A stretch of DNA of 64,000 nucleotides from Vicugna vicugna (taxonomy: Eukaryota), in contig MU058781.1 of NCBI GenBank assembly GCA_013265495.1, forward strand, positions 7,793,009-7,857,008, written 5' to 3'. A program made the position numbers and the translations under genes. The notes under the pieces are model-generated. The model saw nothing but the letters and a program-made list of their open reading frames with translations, had not been told where the DNA came from and ran no database searches. Of this stretch, positions 13,150 to 26,300 are shown in pieces. Position 1 is the stretch's first letter; every line of letters begins with the position of its first letter.

Positions 13150-13386
13150 AAATGCTTGGCAGTAAACCCACAGAGGCAGCTACTACAGAGACACAGCTCC
13201 CCAAAGCCCTCTGTGACCTTCCCTTCAACGATTCAGCCAGGTGACCAGCTGTCCTTGGCCTCTGACTCACTGCTTCTCCAACCTCTGCCTGGACCTCCAC
13301 CTGCCCACACATCATGGAAGCTCTAATTTTTGTAATAAATCCTTTATCCCACAACTCACAGCGGTTGGGATTTCCTGACTGATACA
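13150..13386 (+). mobile_element. ERVL LTR16-like fragment
   Basis: The 3' end 'taataaatcctttatcccacaactcacagcgg...cctgactgataca' matches the recalled LTR16 terminus. The 5' boundary is uncertain. Confidence 0.65.
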
Positions 13387-15889
13387 TATATATACTACAG
13401 ACATCCCAGGTGACAAAATACGAGAAATGATTCTCCAGTAAATATAATTTTTTTTTTGGTAAATGATTTCCTTATGGGGACACTGGTCTAGAATACAAAA
13501 TATCTGTCATTAATCAGTTCTGTTTTTAGAACATCTCAGACTGTTGCTCTTTAAATCCTTTTCTTAATACTATGCACCTCTGGGTGGATCGTCTAAAATG
13601 CATTAAAGTTACTCAAGTTTCTCATGGACCAAGCCCTCTGAGGAAGAAGAAAATGTTTCCACAGTCAGGAAAACAGGCCTATTTACTAGAAGGTCCTCTT
13701 TCAGTCAGCCAGTTTTTCTCCAGATTTAATAAACAGCTTTCACAAGGGGTATAAAAGTGTCTGCTCAAAAGCCTGCAGCCTGTTATTTGTGGAAGTGCCT
13801 GTGGATTCCCAGACCTGTTTCCAGAGGAGTGGATTATCATCTTGTGATAACTGAGTAATACAGTTCTGTGGGCAAACAAAAAAGCCATTCTCTATTGGTG
13901 ACAAAAGACGAAGCTAGTTATTAGCAATTCGATACAAAAGAAGTAAAAGGACTGGAAATGAGGAGTCAAGCCAAGTTTGGCATCTATTATTCACACAAAA
14001 CCTTCTAGTAATGACAAGTACCCAAATCACAGAAAAATCCTATTCATAAGACCCACTTTCTTGCTTCGCTGTCAAAAGTGTAGATGATAGATAACTTCCA
14101 ACGACTGTCAAAATTAAAATCAAGTCAATTTTAATGAAAGAAAATAGACCATTTCTGTTTGTTAGTTCCAGAGAAAATTGTATGATGATGAATTTCTGAA
14201 GTCTTTAATTTATCATTCCACCCTGAAAAGAATCTGTTTTTGCAAACAATGCTTCTCTATACCATTGACATCCTTTTTTAAAAAAAGTATATCGGCTTAA
14301 ATGTAGAGCACTATTTATGAACTCCAGTCTGCTGAGTTCTTCCCAGAGATTTTTTTTTCTATATTATCTCATTGTTGCAGGCTTCATCAAAGGTCATCAG
14401 ATCCACTGATTTCTGTCAAATATCCCCATGTTATTTCATCTGATAAATTCTAATTTGTGATTGCCCTTTGGAAATTGCAAAGGAAAGCGAACAATAGATA
14501 CATTTTTCAAAATAAAGAATAACTGCAAATTAAAAGTAAACTCAAAACTCAAGTAAAAAATCAAGGGGGAACATATTATCAAGTTCACGATTCAGAAGGC
14601 TTAATCTCATTTAGTAATTTTTCTGTGTTTCTTTTTATTTTTTTTTTGAAATGAACGTGAAACCCAATTCTCATCTCCATAAATGCTAGCGCAACGGGAA
14701 CAAAAGAGCACATGTGACAATTTCCACCTGAAGTTATCGTCTGAAACATGAGCTTCTCTCATACCACAGGGATCACACACTACTCACCCTGGAAAATCAC
14801 AGCCACCCATGCCTGTTAGCTAGATGTTATTTCAGTATTCTTTTGAAACAGTACTTATGCCTATTTATATGACACTACCATGGCCCTTAAGAACTCATAA
14901 GGCCATGAATATATAATGCGTTTTTCTGCTCCATGAAATACATCGAAGACAAAACAACAGGATCGGTTGGTACTGGATGGATGAAACATCTCTTTGTTAG
15001 ATGGGTCGGATCACAGCTCATCTGAAGCCTAAGAAGCATTTTCTTTACTAGGTATCAGTGTATCACTTAGGCTAGTGCACCTCCAGGGCCAACAATCTAA
15101 CGCCTTCATACTTTCACAGTATGTAAGGAACAAGCACGGTTCATATCACATGACAGGCTGTCAACATACACACTGGCTAACAGAATAAACCAGAGACGAA
15201 GCAACTAAAGTAATTTGACTAACCCCTCCCCCCTCAGTTGCACTAAACCATCTCAAAGCCGTAAGGTTTTCTTTAAGGGTTTGTACCATGTTTATGGGTA
15301 ACTACATTCTACACCTAACTTCCCTCTTTCCCTGAAGCTTCAGACCACCTCTGAAGCTGCTGTCGACTGTGAGCACATGGCTTACATGAAAGGTGTAGCA
15401 AAACGCTTGACTAAAAGTTTGTCTGGATCAGCTATTGCAGAAATAATTTTTGAGCAAATATCTACTCTAATATATGTGTAATAAAATTTTTTTTTTCTCG
15501 TTAGGAGCCTACCAAGGGTATCAATGCTAGCGATTTAAGGACCGTGGAGTTTCAGATACTGCCTATAAATAAATCCATCAGAGTGATGTCAACACTTCAG
15601 TAGGAAATGGGCAAAGGGTCTTCATTAATGGATCAGTTGCTCAAGGGTAAAAAATATAATATAGTTTCTTACTTTTCTAAGTAGAAGTTACATATAAATA
15701 TAAACATAGTCATTTTTACAGTTTCCAAAATTACAAACAAAATTATGATACAATTATTGAATAAGAAAACAGCGAAGTTCTTCTTTTCTCCTCCCTTCAT
15801 TTTTCTTTATTTCTTTTTTTTAATTGGTAGAGGGAAATGAAGATGGTTCAGATTTTCTGAACAGTCATTTAGCTTTTCGATGTCTGTAT

Positions 15890-17530
15890 TTGGTGTGAAA
15901 ATGGACATTCTAATACACTATTAGTGGGGAGTATATAACTTGTAAAATTTTCCAAAGGACACTTTGGAAATAAATTTTAGCACTTAAAATGTTTATTATA
16001 CCTCTTGCCTAAGCATTTCCATTTATAGAAGTTTATCTAAAAGAAGTAACCTTATAAATGTGTATCTATACATATGGAGAAAATATTGTAACTTCTCAAT
16101 TTCTGTCAGTGAAGGAAGTGTTAAGTTATAGTTTATCCATAAAATGGAATAGTAGGCAGGCATTACAGAAACGAGCTATAACTGAGTACATTGGTGGGAA
16201 AGTTGTCCAGAATACGACAGGCAAGTAGAAAAATAAAAAGTAAATTATGTAATGGTATGCTAACTATTGTCTTTTTTTAATTTAGTATTATTACTAATAT
16301 ATAGTAGCATATCTTTTCTGTAACATTTAAAATTTTAGCAAATTTATATTTTATTTGTGATCTGGAGGAAAATATATATGTGTGTACATGGAGATTTTGG
16401 CTCAGAAATTCCACTTCTAGAAATTTTTCCTGATAATGGATAATATGTTCCTAATACAATGAATGATTTAAACAGGGCATGGGTTGACTATTATATGCAT
16501 ATACACCATTTAATTCTATTCAGTAAATTGAAAAGATATTTAATGGTGTATTTTTTAATAAAACATGTTTATAATATATTTTTAAATTTAGACGGATTAT
16601 AAACTTCATGTATGGTATAATCTCACCTTGGCCAACAACTTCTAAAAATGTTTTTCACGTTTGTAAGCAAAATATATAAATGAACCCAAAGGTATACACA
16701 TATGCAAAGAAAAGTGTCCATCAGTATGTCAACAGTGGTTAATTTTGTATTGTTTTTGAGCCTTTTTTCTCTTTGTTTAATCATAATTCTATTTTTCCCT
16801 CAGAAGGCATATACAGCTTGAAAAGATAAAAGATACCTAAAAACATCTGTATAAAAACTGAAAATCACAGTAGTAAAATATGTATGTCCAATAAGCAAAT
16901 TAAAAGGTTTCAACTTATTAGGATAATCAAAGAAATATAAATTTAAAACAATAATGACATGCAAATTTTCACTATTAAACTGGCAAAGATTTTTAAGAGA
17001 ACATTCACAAGGGGCAAGAGGTGAGAGACTGGTCCTTCATTGTTCATGAAGGATATGTTGGTCTGACCTTTCTGGAAAGCAATTCAGCAAGAGTTAGGAG
17101 CCTTAAACATGTTCATAATTTGGGCCAGTAACTTAGCATCTAAGAACATATCTTAAGAAAGTAATCAGAGCTGCAGGTAAAGATGTGTGTCATTTGGCCA
17201 TTTAAAATTATGAAAAATCAGGGGGAAAAACAAACAAGTATTCAATCACTGGGAAAATAATTGAACAATATTAATAATCATGTCTGAAGTATTGTGAAAC
17301 CGTTTAACATTACAATTTCAGAAAGATTAGAAAGCAATCATGCTACAGCGTGAAGTGGAAAGAAAAAATAACCAGGATGCCAAATGAAATAAAGAGCATA
17401 ATTTCAAAGGAGGAAAAAACCTAAGAGAAAATATATAAATGGAACATTTTCTCACTCTTTGTGGGAGAACTGCAAGTAATCTGCACATTCATCTTTATAC
17501 TTCTTTCTGTTTTTAAAATTTATCTCTTCA
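15890..17530 (+). mobile_element. Cluster of ancient L1M (L1ME/MC-like) fragments
   Basis: AT-rich block with decayed L1 ORF2 C-terminal and 3'UTR motifs ('tacactattagtggggagtatataa', 'cagaaattccacttctagaaatt', 'ctttctggaaagcaattcagcaa'). Approximate. Confidence 0.6.
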
Positions 17531-17739
17531 AAAATTACTCAAAAATCTGCTGAGTGCAAGGCATGGACAAACACACTTGGCATGTGATACAGGCTCCAAG
17601 AAACAGGCTGGGAGTCCCATGACACACACTAGACCCCCACGCAGAGCACCTCACATATTTACAGAGGAGTTGTGAAGGGCAGGATCACCCGATCAACTAG
17701 GAAGAAGCTGAAATTGACCACTGATGTTTACAGCCTGCT

Positions 17740-17924
17740 CAGTGGTTCTCAAAGTGTGGTCCCTGGACCAGAAGCATCAGCATCACCTAAGGACTTAGAA
17801 ACACAGATTCTCAGGCCTCACCCTATACTTACTGAATCAGATGTTCTGGGGGTGCAGGCCAGCAGCCTGTGTTTTAACAAGTCTCATGGAGATTCTGAGG
17901 CATATTGAAGTTAGAGAACCACAG
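17740..17924 (+). mobile_element. MER5A hAT-Charlie MITE
   Basis: TIRs cagtggttctcaaa ... ttagagaaccacag, with internal 'gcatcagcatcacct', 'cagattctcaggcc' and 'ctgtgttttaacaag'. Confidence 0.9.
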
Positions 17925-18612
17925 AGGGGTCTTGCAGATGCAAGAAATCTCCTGCCCTCAGATGCCAATCACCAGAAATGATGCTTCACCGAACTGGCTT
18001 GGGCTGCATGAACCGAAGCGAGAGGACCAGAAAGGAAGTCTGGGATCATTGACTGTGGCCGCTCTGGCCACAAATGCCACAGCTTCCAATGTGTAGAAAC
18101 CACAGGCAGAAAGTTGCTTATTGTGTCTGCAGAGCTTCGGTTCTGAAAAGGAACCTGGAAATGGTCTCACCTCCACATTTTTAAAGACGCGAAAAAGACA
18201 CTCAGCAAGGTGGAGTGATTGGATGGGGCCTCCCTGTCAGCCAGGATCTGACTAAAGTCAGCTGTCAGCCCAGCAGTTTTACAACACACACTATTGTCTA
18301 CTAAGCAAAAAGTCATGATGGGAATCTTTCAAATTTATTCTGGAAAGAAGAGTCAATATTCTTTTATCATCCCAAACAAACAAATAGGAACATTTATTCC
18401 ATTTAATAATATCTCCAATGTATCTTCCGGGCCTGCCATCAAACATCTGTCTATTTTGGATAGCCTTGGGAAATCATCTACCAGAAACAGAGCTAAACAG
18501 ATTTTGTGAGTTGGAAGGAAACTGGGAGGTCAAAAATTCATAGTTTAGGAGGCTAAAACACATAGAGGTTATTAGATGATATGAGTATTGGAAAATTGTG
18601 AGGCCTCTGGGA

Positions 18613-18793
18613 GCTTGTTACTCCTGGCGTGGTCAGTGGTGTGGGCATCACCTGTACAGGCACCACCTGCATCACCTGGGAGCTTGTTAGAAACGTAACC
18701 TCTCAGGCCCCACCCAAATCTACTGCATCGGAATCTGCATTTTAGCAACATCTCCGTATGATTCTCATGCACATTGAAGTTTGAGAAATACTG
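18613..18793 (+). mobile_element. MER5A1/MER5-like hAT MITE
   Basis: Contains 'catcacctgggagcttgttagaaa' and 'gaatctgcattttagcaa', ending 'aagtttgagaaatactg'. Flanked by an 8-bp hAT-type TSD, ctctggga/ctctagga. Confidence 0.85.
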
Positions 18794-19331
18794 CTCTAGG
18801 AGTTTCCCATTTGTCTTAAATGATAGGAAAGTATTGTTTCTTTGAGGGAAAATATAGTGCTTTCAATAGGACTGGCAAAGTTCTTACAAGGGCATGAATA
18901 TCCAAGAAGAAAAAGTATCAGGGAGTCTGACATACATGTATCACATGCAGATGTGGGAGATATTTACAGAAGGAGAGCAGAACTTATTCCGTGGGATATA
19001 TAACAGGGTTATCTGGTCTGCAAGTAACAGAGTAACAAATCAATCTGTGCACACAATAATAACATGTGTTGACTCAGAGAAGTAGAAGTCCATGGTAGGA
19101 CAGGATCCAGGTATTATGCAATCAACAACCACTCAACCGTGTCTTCAAGAATTGGAATTTCTTTTAGTCTTTTTACTTCCCAGACCTCAGGATCAGGGTC
19201 ATTCTAAGCCGGGAGTCCCATTTTTCAAGATGACTGTAAACAGGGCTATATGAATTTTTGTTTATACTTAGTGGGAGAGAGGAAGAAAGGTGTCTCTCCC
19301 AAATACAGTTTATAATAAGGATGAACACATA

Positions 19332-19786
19332 TGGGCACACCTCAAAGACATTGCAGGTTCAGTTCCAGACCACCACGGTAAAGCAAATATTGCAATAAAG
19401 CAAATAAAGCAAGTCACACAAGTTTTTTGGTTCCCAGTGCATATAAAAGTTATGTTTACACTATGCTGTAGTCTATTAAGTGTGCAATAGCATTATGTCT
19501 AAAAGAACAATGTACATACATTAATTGAAAAATACTTTACTGCTGAAAACACTAACCATCACTGAGCCTTCAGCAAGTTACGATAGTAACATCAAAGATC
19601 ACTGATCACAGATACCATGACAAATATGGTAATAATGAAGAAGTTTGAAATACTGTGAGAATTACCAAAATGTGACACAGGGACACAAAATGAGCAAATG
19701 CTGCTGAAATATCGGTGCAGACAGACTTGCTCAACATGGGGTTGCTACAAACCTTCAATTTGTAAAAAACACACGAGGTATGCCTG
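19332..19786 (-). mobile_element. Internally deleted Tigger1 (Tigger1a_Art-like) MITE
   Basis: TIRs tgggcacacctc ... gaggtatgcctg are flanked by TA on both sides. Both ends of Tigger1 are joined and the transposase is absent. Confidence 0.9.
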
Positions 19787-21043
19787 TAATTTATTTCCAA
19801 AACTACATGATCTTAAGAATGAAAGGGGGCACTATCATAGTTCTACCAAGAAAATAAGGCGTACAGCTAAACTGTCTCAGACAAACCAAGACACACAGTC
19901 ACTGTCACCCTACATAGCAGATGTGTATGTAAGTCCTTCTATTCAGTCAAATTAGGTCACACGCCTAGCTTTTAGACACGTAAATAGCTACAAAAAGACT
20001 ATCATAATATTACTGACTTAGAGTAAATTTGAGTTCCATTCTACAACTGGAAACAGAATGGATGGATAACTTTTAAATGGGAGAGGATTCCTATTAGGAA
20101 AGAAAAATAAAAGGAGGGGAATAGGTGTTGGGGATGCAACTGACAGCGTTGACGAGAGGAGGCACCGGTAGAAGCCATCAGGACCACAGGTTCAGATGCA
20201 ACACGCTATTCAGCAAACACGGCATCGCAAGCCAGTGCCCTCGGGCCCGTGATGATGTTCCGTGCTCATCATTAACACCCTGGTTGACTCTGACGCTTCA
20301 TTAAGTGTAACTGCTTGTTGTTGAAACAGTCTTTCTTTTTGGAAAAGACTGTAATAGTAGGTGGTGGATGCATTTCCTTTGTTCCTTGCAAATGTAAAAG
20401 CTAGCCATCCAAGATCAGCTGTTCACACTTGTTTGTAATTTCACTGACTCTGGACATTTTCTGTCTGGACACAACCTTCTAGGGCTTGACGATAACTTGA
20501 TCCTATCTCAAATAAGGTGTTTATTATGAACATTATTATTATGGAGCTTTTTAAAAATGATAAAAAGCACTATTGATAGCAACATTAAAGAGATTTCGAA
20601 AGTCAAAAACCATGTCAATTTCCTGCCAAGAACATAATGAATAATTTCACCTTGGGGCTATTCCCGCCCAGTCTTTGCTCACAGGCATACCTATTTTAAC
20701 ACAGATGTAATCGTGGCATAACTGTAATTTTGAGCCCTGTTTTATCACTTTAGCACCATATTGTAAACATTCCAATCAGCATGGCATTCCTACAAGGAGC
20801 ACTCAGGTGAAAGATGTGATAGAAATGAACCCCCTGAAAGGACTGGCAGCTACTTGGAAATTTTCTGTTCAAACCCAAATATTCCAAATCACTATGGGGT
20901 TAGAGAAATCGTTTCCTTTGCTTTAAATCAGCAATCATAGATTAAAGTCCCTAAAAAAATATGGCGTGATTATCAAAGAAGATGTGAGTAGCAAGAAGCA
21001 AATGGCTAAAGACAAAATTCCCCTCATATTTTGCTCTTATTAG

Positions 21044-21125
21044 GGATTTTGTGATTATACTCATTCTGCTACTTGGTGATGTTTCATGGATCTGTAGAAA
21101 TATCTGACATTGCTGGCGAATTCAG
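21044..21125 (+). other. Candidate 82-nt exon of an unidentified plus-strand transcript
   Basis: Acceptor ttttgctcttattag and donor CAG|gtatgt. Confidence 0.3.
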
Positions 21126-21263
21126 GTATGTGTCCATAGCTACCATTTTTCAATGGAAAGCAATTGCTAAAGGACTACATCCAGTCACTCCAATTGATGG
21201 CCATGCGGGAAACAGAAGCAGTAAAAAAGGAACTGACGTTTCTCTTTCCTTCTGTGCTCACAG

Positions 21264-21299
21264 GAGGACAGAGCACATCTCCACCAGGGTCATGTGGAG
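21264..21299 (+). other. Candidate 36-nt exon of an unidentified plus-strand transcript
   Basis: Branch-like ctgac, a long polypyrimidine tract and cacag form the acceptor. Donor is GAG|gtaaga. Confidence 0.35.
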
Positions 21300-22360
21300 G
21301 TAAGAGCCTCGTGTACTGGCTGAGGATTGTGCTACCAAGTTCCTGAGTCTCATGGTATTTTTTTGAGACAACAGTGTTCATCAGGTTCTTTTTTTTTTTA
21401 AAGCTGTGTTCTCTGTCTACTCCACTTCTCCAAGATGCTTCCTTCATAAAAGCGTTTTAACAAACGGCCTCTCTGGTTCAGTGGGGGCAGTCTGTTGAAG
21501 CAGAAGAACGCTCTGAGACCACCGTGGCACCATTTCATAAACTGCCCCCCTGCTTCTGCTATGGAAGCTTGAACACGCCTACTTAAAGGTGTCATAAAGC
21601 ACCGAGTGTGCGGTTCCATCCGGGAACCGTACCACTGTTTCAAAACTAACTAGTCCGGATTAAGTGTTGTGCAACGGGAGCAGAGGGAACATTTTCTGGG
21701 AAGCAGCCACTCCCTGACTCTGATGATAATGTCTAGAGTCCACCTTTCTGAGAAAGCTGGGGATATGCACAAAAAGATGTGGCACAAAATTCCACTTCTA
21801 GGAATGTATTCTCAAGGACTATCTGAGGAGGGACGTAAGGTCTTCTAAATAACATTTCTGGTACTGTAATCTGCATGTCTTATGAAAATATTGACACCAT
21901 TCTAATACATGCAAGACACTGAGCTTCCCACGATCACAGAACTTCGATGGGATGAAGCCTGTGCCTTTTCCATCCTAAACTGGTGCTCTCCCTGTGTAAA
22001 GGAGGAATCTGATGGATGACAGAACCCCCTCCATGGACCAGGATGTATCAAGCACTGGCTTTGGGGAAAATGAGAGAAAACTGGAGTTTGAAATTACCAA
22101 AGCAACAACTTTTTCTCCTCTCAATTTCCAAATATTCACTCTGACCTACCAGCCAAAAAAAAGTCTGCAGTCAGAAGTTTCATTTAATAAGATATATATA
22201 TATATCTCGTTCAATTACAGAATGTTCAATCAAATGCTCCATCTTTAACCATAGTGCAACTTAGAATTACAAAACTATTTTTTTTTCATGTTTCCTGGTA
22301 AACATAGAAAAGCACTCCTCTTTCATTTCCCCTTCTATTTCAAAAATGACTGATCCTCTG

Positions 22361-22414
22361 CAAACATTGGTGAACTACAGCCCTAGGGCCAGTTCGTGTC
22401 CATGATCTGCTTTT
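22361..22414 (+). mobile_element. MER58A, 5' part (split by L1)
   Basis: 'ttggtgaactacagccctagggcca...ctgctttt' matches the MER58A start. The element resumes at 23168. Confidence 0.7.
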
Positions 22415-23165
22415 AAAAAACTGATTTAAAAAAAAAAACCCACACATAACATAAAATTTATCATCTTAACCGTTTTAAAGTGTCCAGTTCAACAGTGTTA
22501 ACTATATTTACATTGCTATGCAATTGAACAGAATCTTCTCACTTTGCAAAAATAAAACTCTACAATCCACTGAACACCAACTCCCCACGCTCCACTCCCC
22601 TAGTCCCTGACAATTACCATTCTGCTTTCTATTTCTATGAATTTGACTACTTTAGATATCTCCTATGAATGTAATCATACAGTATTTATCTTTTTGTAAC
22701 CAGCTTATTTCACACAGCATAATGTTGCTAAGATTAATACATGTCATTCCTCCCTTTTCTGGCCAGCAAGGCTTCTGCTAAGAAATCTGATGATAGTCTT
22801 ACAGGAGTTTCCTTGTACATGATCAGTCACTTTTCTCTTGCTGCTTTTAAGATTCTCTCCTTGTGACTTTCAACAGTTTGATTATAACATGTCTTGATGT
22901 GAGTCTCTTTGGGTTTTTTGTAATTGGATTCATTGAGCTCTTAAATTTGTATCTTCATTCCTTTCCTCAAATTTGGGAAGTTCTGGGCCATTGTTTCTTC
23001 AGATAGGCTACCTGTCCCCCCTTCTCTCTCTCCTCCTTCTGGAATTCCCATTATGCATATATTAACCCCCTTGACTGTATACCATAAGTCCCTTAAGCTC
23101 CCTTCACTTTTCTTCGCTCTGGTTTCTTTTCGCTCCTCAGATTTGATCATTTCAAATGCGCGTGA
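22415..23165 (-). mobile_element. L1MB-like element: ORF1 fragment fused to ORF2 end and 3'UTR
   Basis: ORF track 22941-23213(-) gives the L1 ORF1p-like sequence 'SLRDLWYTVKGVNICIMGIPEGGERE...MAQNFPNL'. 22415-22744 is a typical L1MB 3' end ('ataacataaaatttatcatcttaacc'). Confidence 0.85.
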
Positions 23166-23167
23166 AA

Positions 23168-23358
23168 TTTTTTGTAAGTAAAATTTTGTTGGAACAGAGC
23201 TATACCCACTCATTGATGTACTGTAAACCTTTGTACCTTTTGCATGACATTGGTAAAGCTGAGTAGCTACAACTGTTCATTGGCCCACAAATGCTAAGTA
23301 TGGTTCACAAATGTATTTTACTGTCTGGCCCTTCTCAGAGAAAACTCACCAATCCCTG
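23168..23358 (+). mobile_element. MER58A, 3' part
   Basis: Contains 'tttttgtaagtaaaattttgttggaaca', 'tggcccacaaa' and 'ctgtctggcccttctcagagaaaactcaccaatccctg'. Confidence 0.8.
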
Positions 23359-26300
23359 CCTATATGGGCATATCTTGTGTACAACACAGATTATTCTCAT
23401 AGAGAGTAAGCACGCTCAGAGTGCTGCTTCTGTCCTCAGAGTGAAGCCCTATAGGAGGAAATGTATAAAGCACAGGAGAAAAGGAGGAGAATCCTGCAGG
23501 CCTGTGCTGAACTCCGATTATCCCAAAGGGTCCAGAGAATCGCCGACTCAAGAGGTGTGGCTCTCCTGGTCAAAAAGCCTGTTTTACTCTGGAAAACCAT
23601 CAGGCAATTATAGACGAGTCAAGCCATGCCATTTAAATCAGATACGGAACTGCAGTCAAGAAAATATTTTATTACTTCCTAGTTTCATGGGGGAAAAACA
23701 AAGCCCTTCAAAGAAATCGAGGTAGTTAAAAGACTGCCTTATGAAAAATTCTCATGAAACCTAAAGAGACTTCACTGACTTCAGCTTGGTTTATAGGTCA
23801 CACTGTTTACTTTTCTATATTGGATACTTCTCTTTTATTACACTCACTTTTCCCATTTTCTGTCCTTCGTCTCTGTTTCTCAATGTGCTATTTTCCTCTT
23901 AATTATCTTCAACCACTGCCTCTCCTCCATGAAAGTCAATTTCTACATTTCAGTTTTCCCACATGTTGCATTATTTTATTTTCCCCACTCACCTCCCCAT
24001 CTCCAGACACAAATACAAAAAAAAATAATCACTGAACAAAATGGGACACCCAGGTTCTGTTCTGGGCTTTGCTACTGTCTAGCTTGGTATCTTAGGAACG
24101 TCTTTTTATTTTACGGGTGCTGTAATAATCTGTGACTGAGTAGAATGACCTAGGATCACTAAGATACATCAAAAATATGTGGGTAAGATAAAAGTTAAGC
24201 GTATTTGTTTCTCAGCAAGGAAATTAACAAGGAACAGGTGTTTTAGAAGCTATGAGCACAACAGTTCACAGCAATACACCAGATGTATACGGGCAGATTA
24301 TCTGCAGAGCTGCCAAGAAGAAGCACAAAGACATCTCCACCAAGGACTACAGACCATGCACTAACCTCTTCTGGCCACATTGTCAGACATGCTCTTAGGG
24401 CCAAGAAAACTGGATCTGATTTAACATAACCCATCATCCTTATTTTCTAAGCAAGTGTATTCTGTAGACTATGGAGGCAAATAACTTTATGTTATTATGT
24501 TTTATATAAAATATAATTTTAACATATGCCATAGCAATTATATGCTGTTTTGTTATCAGCTTGTCCCATATCTGGCAGCTGAGTGTCATCCCGTCCACTG
24601 CCACACTAGACCTAGCACCCTGAAGTCCAGCCAGGGCACAACTCTAGGCTCACCAATTCATTGGAGAGAAGGTCAGATTAATTCTGCTATATCCCATTAA
24701 AAATATTTGTCAGACTTAATCGCATCAAAAGTAAAAGAATGCTTGGGTAATATTGAAATTCTGTAGTGAAACAATACCAGGCTCACTGAGTTCCAAGGAT
24801 TCCCTCGTTTCATTTATTCACTACTGGGAGAATAGGAAAATTTTATGTTGTGTCTCCAGAGGTAACTGGAGAAGTGGAAGGTAATACAGGACTGGACTAG
24901 GGTGCTGGCAATGGACACATAAAGGACAAGAGAGAAGTGAGAGAAGCCAGGAATTAACATGTGATAAGAAGCCCGCTGTCATCGAAATCTCAAGGACAAG
25001 GAAGGTAAGTGTTCCAATGACAATGCGGTATTTCCAGCTTGAATGACTGAATGCTTTATACCACTGGTAAACAGGCAAGTGAAGAGGAGATAAAGCACAG
25101 AAACAATTAGCAGAGACTATTATTTTAAAAGTAGATAAATAGTCAAAAATATGCTGTTGTGTATTTGTAATCAAAGTGGGAGTGGTCAGAGATGAATGAA
25201 CAGATTTTTATAATTTCCCTAATTTATTAAAAATTTCCCTCCCTGACTCCTACTGTAAAACTTTCCTGACATTCCCAGTCTGCAGCTCATATTTTAACCT
25301 ATAAGACTTGGGCCTGGCTACCAGAATTAAAAAAAAAAAAAAAACACCTCAAGAAATGAAATGGTAAAGAAATGCGCTCAATGAGTTAAACTAACCAAGC
25401 CAAGTACCATGTCATGAAAGTCAAAATACGAAAAAACTTCAAGGAGAGAATAAAAACAGCTCGAAATGCTAAAGGTTACATGTAGAACTGAGAAAAGGTG
25501 ACTGCATTTGTAATTAGGAGATTACCGCACCGTCAATCATTAAATACAGAAGAAGAGGAAATCTGCTGTTATGATAACCCAAGAACTGACTGCGTCTGCT
25601 TTTTCCTTTCAGGGTGAGAGTATAATTAATTTGGGAGAAGGTTCTTCCTTTATAGGAAAAGAGCCCTAGTACCAAGGCTGGAATCCTAAGGAGAGAGAAC
25701 GCTAACATCCTATTTTCAGAAATGACTGAATGATTGTTTAATTTTTGAGACTTTAATACCTGGTATTAAATTTAAGTTGATGTCTACGTGGTACGACTGT
25801 ATTTGTAACTGCCCACCATTATTTCAAAACTTTGGGAAAAGTCTGCCATACACAAGACCATGACCGCAGTTACTCAGCAGGGAGTGAAGAAATCAGGATG
25901 GTGTCCATCATGGAGGAGAGCGGACCAGCAAGGGGAAGGGAGTTCCCTAGGAAAGAACAGCAAGTGATGTGTGAGGAGCTGTGAGGTCAGTCAAGAGGTT
26001 TCTACCCCCTGGAATGCACAGGAAGAGCAAGGGTATTTTCATCCTGATGTGGAGTGGAGTCTCAAATCACTGTATTTAGATATTAAAATGAAGGGTGATC
26101 TTCAAAATCTAGACAATCAGCTGACTCCTGGACAACAGCAGTTTCACAGTTTGTGTTTCTGTGTTGGTAATGAAGACTGGCAACAGATGCTTGCTCCGAC
26201 AAAAAGCGAAACAGGTTATGGCTTATTTGGTGTCATTTGACGGATACCACAGAATTTGTCTCCACTTAAAATTATCTCCCTGCACTTCCTGAATGATATA

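Noticed and set aside
20249..20293. C-box GTGATGA and D-box CTGA suggesting a C/D snoRNA
   Set aside because: Only about 45 nt with a negligible terminal stem, too short for a canonical snoRNA.
20984..21043. Possible additional plus-strand intron (GTGAGT...TAG)
   Set aside because: 60 nt is below the usual mammalian minimum intron size.
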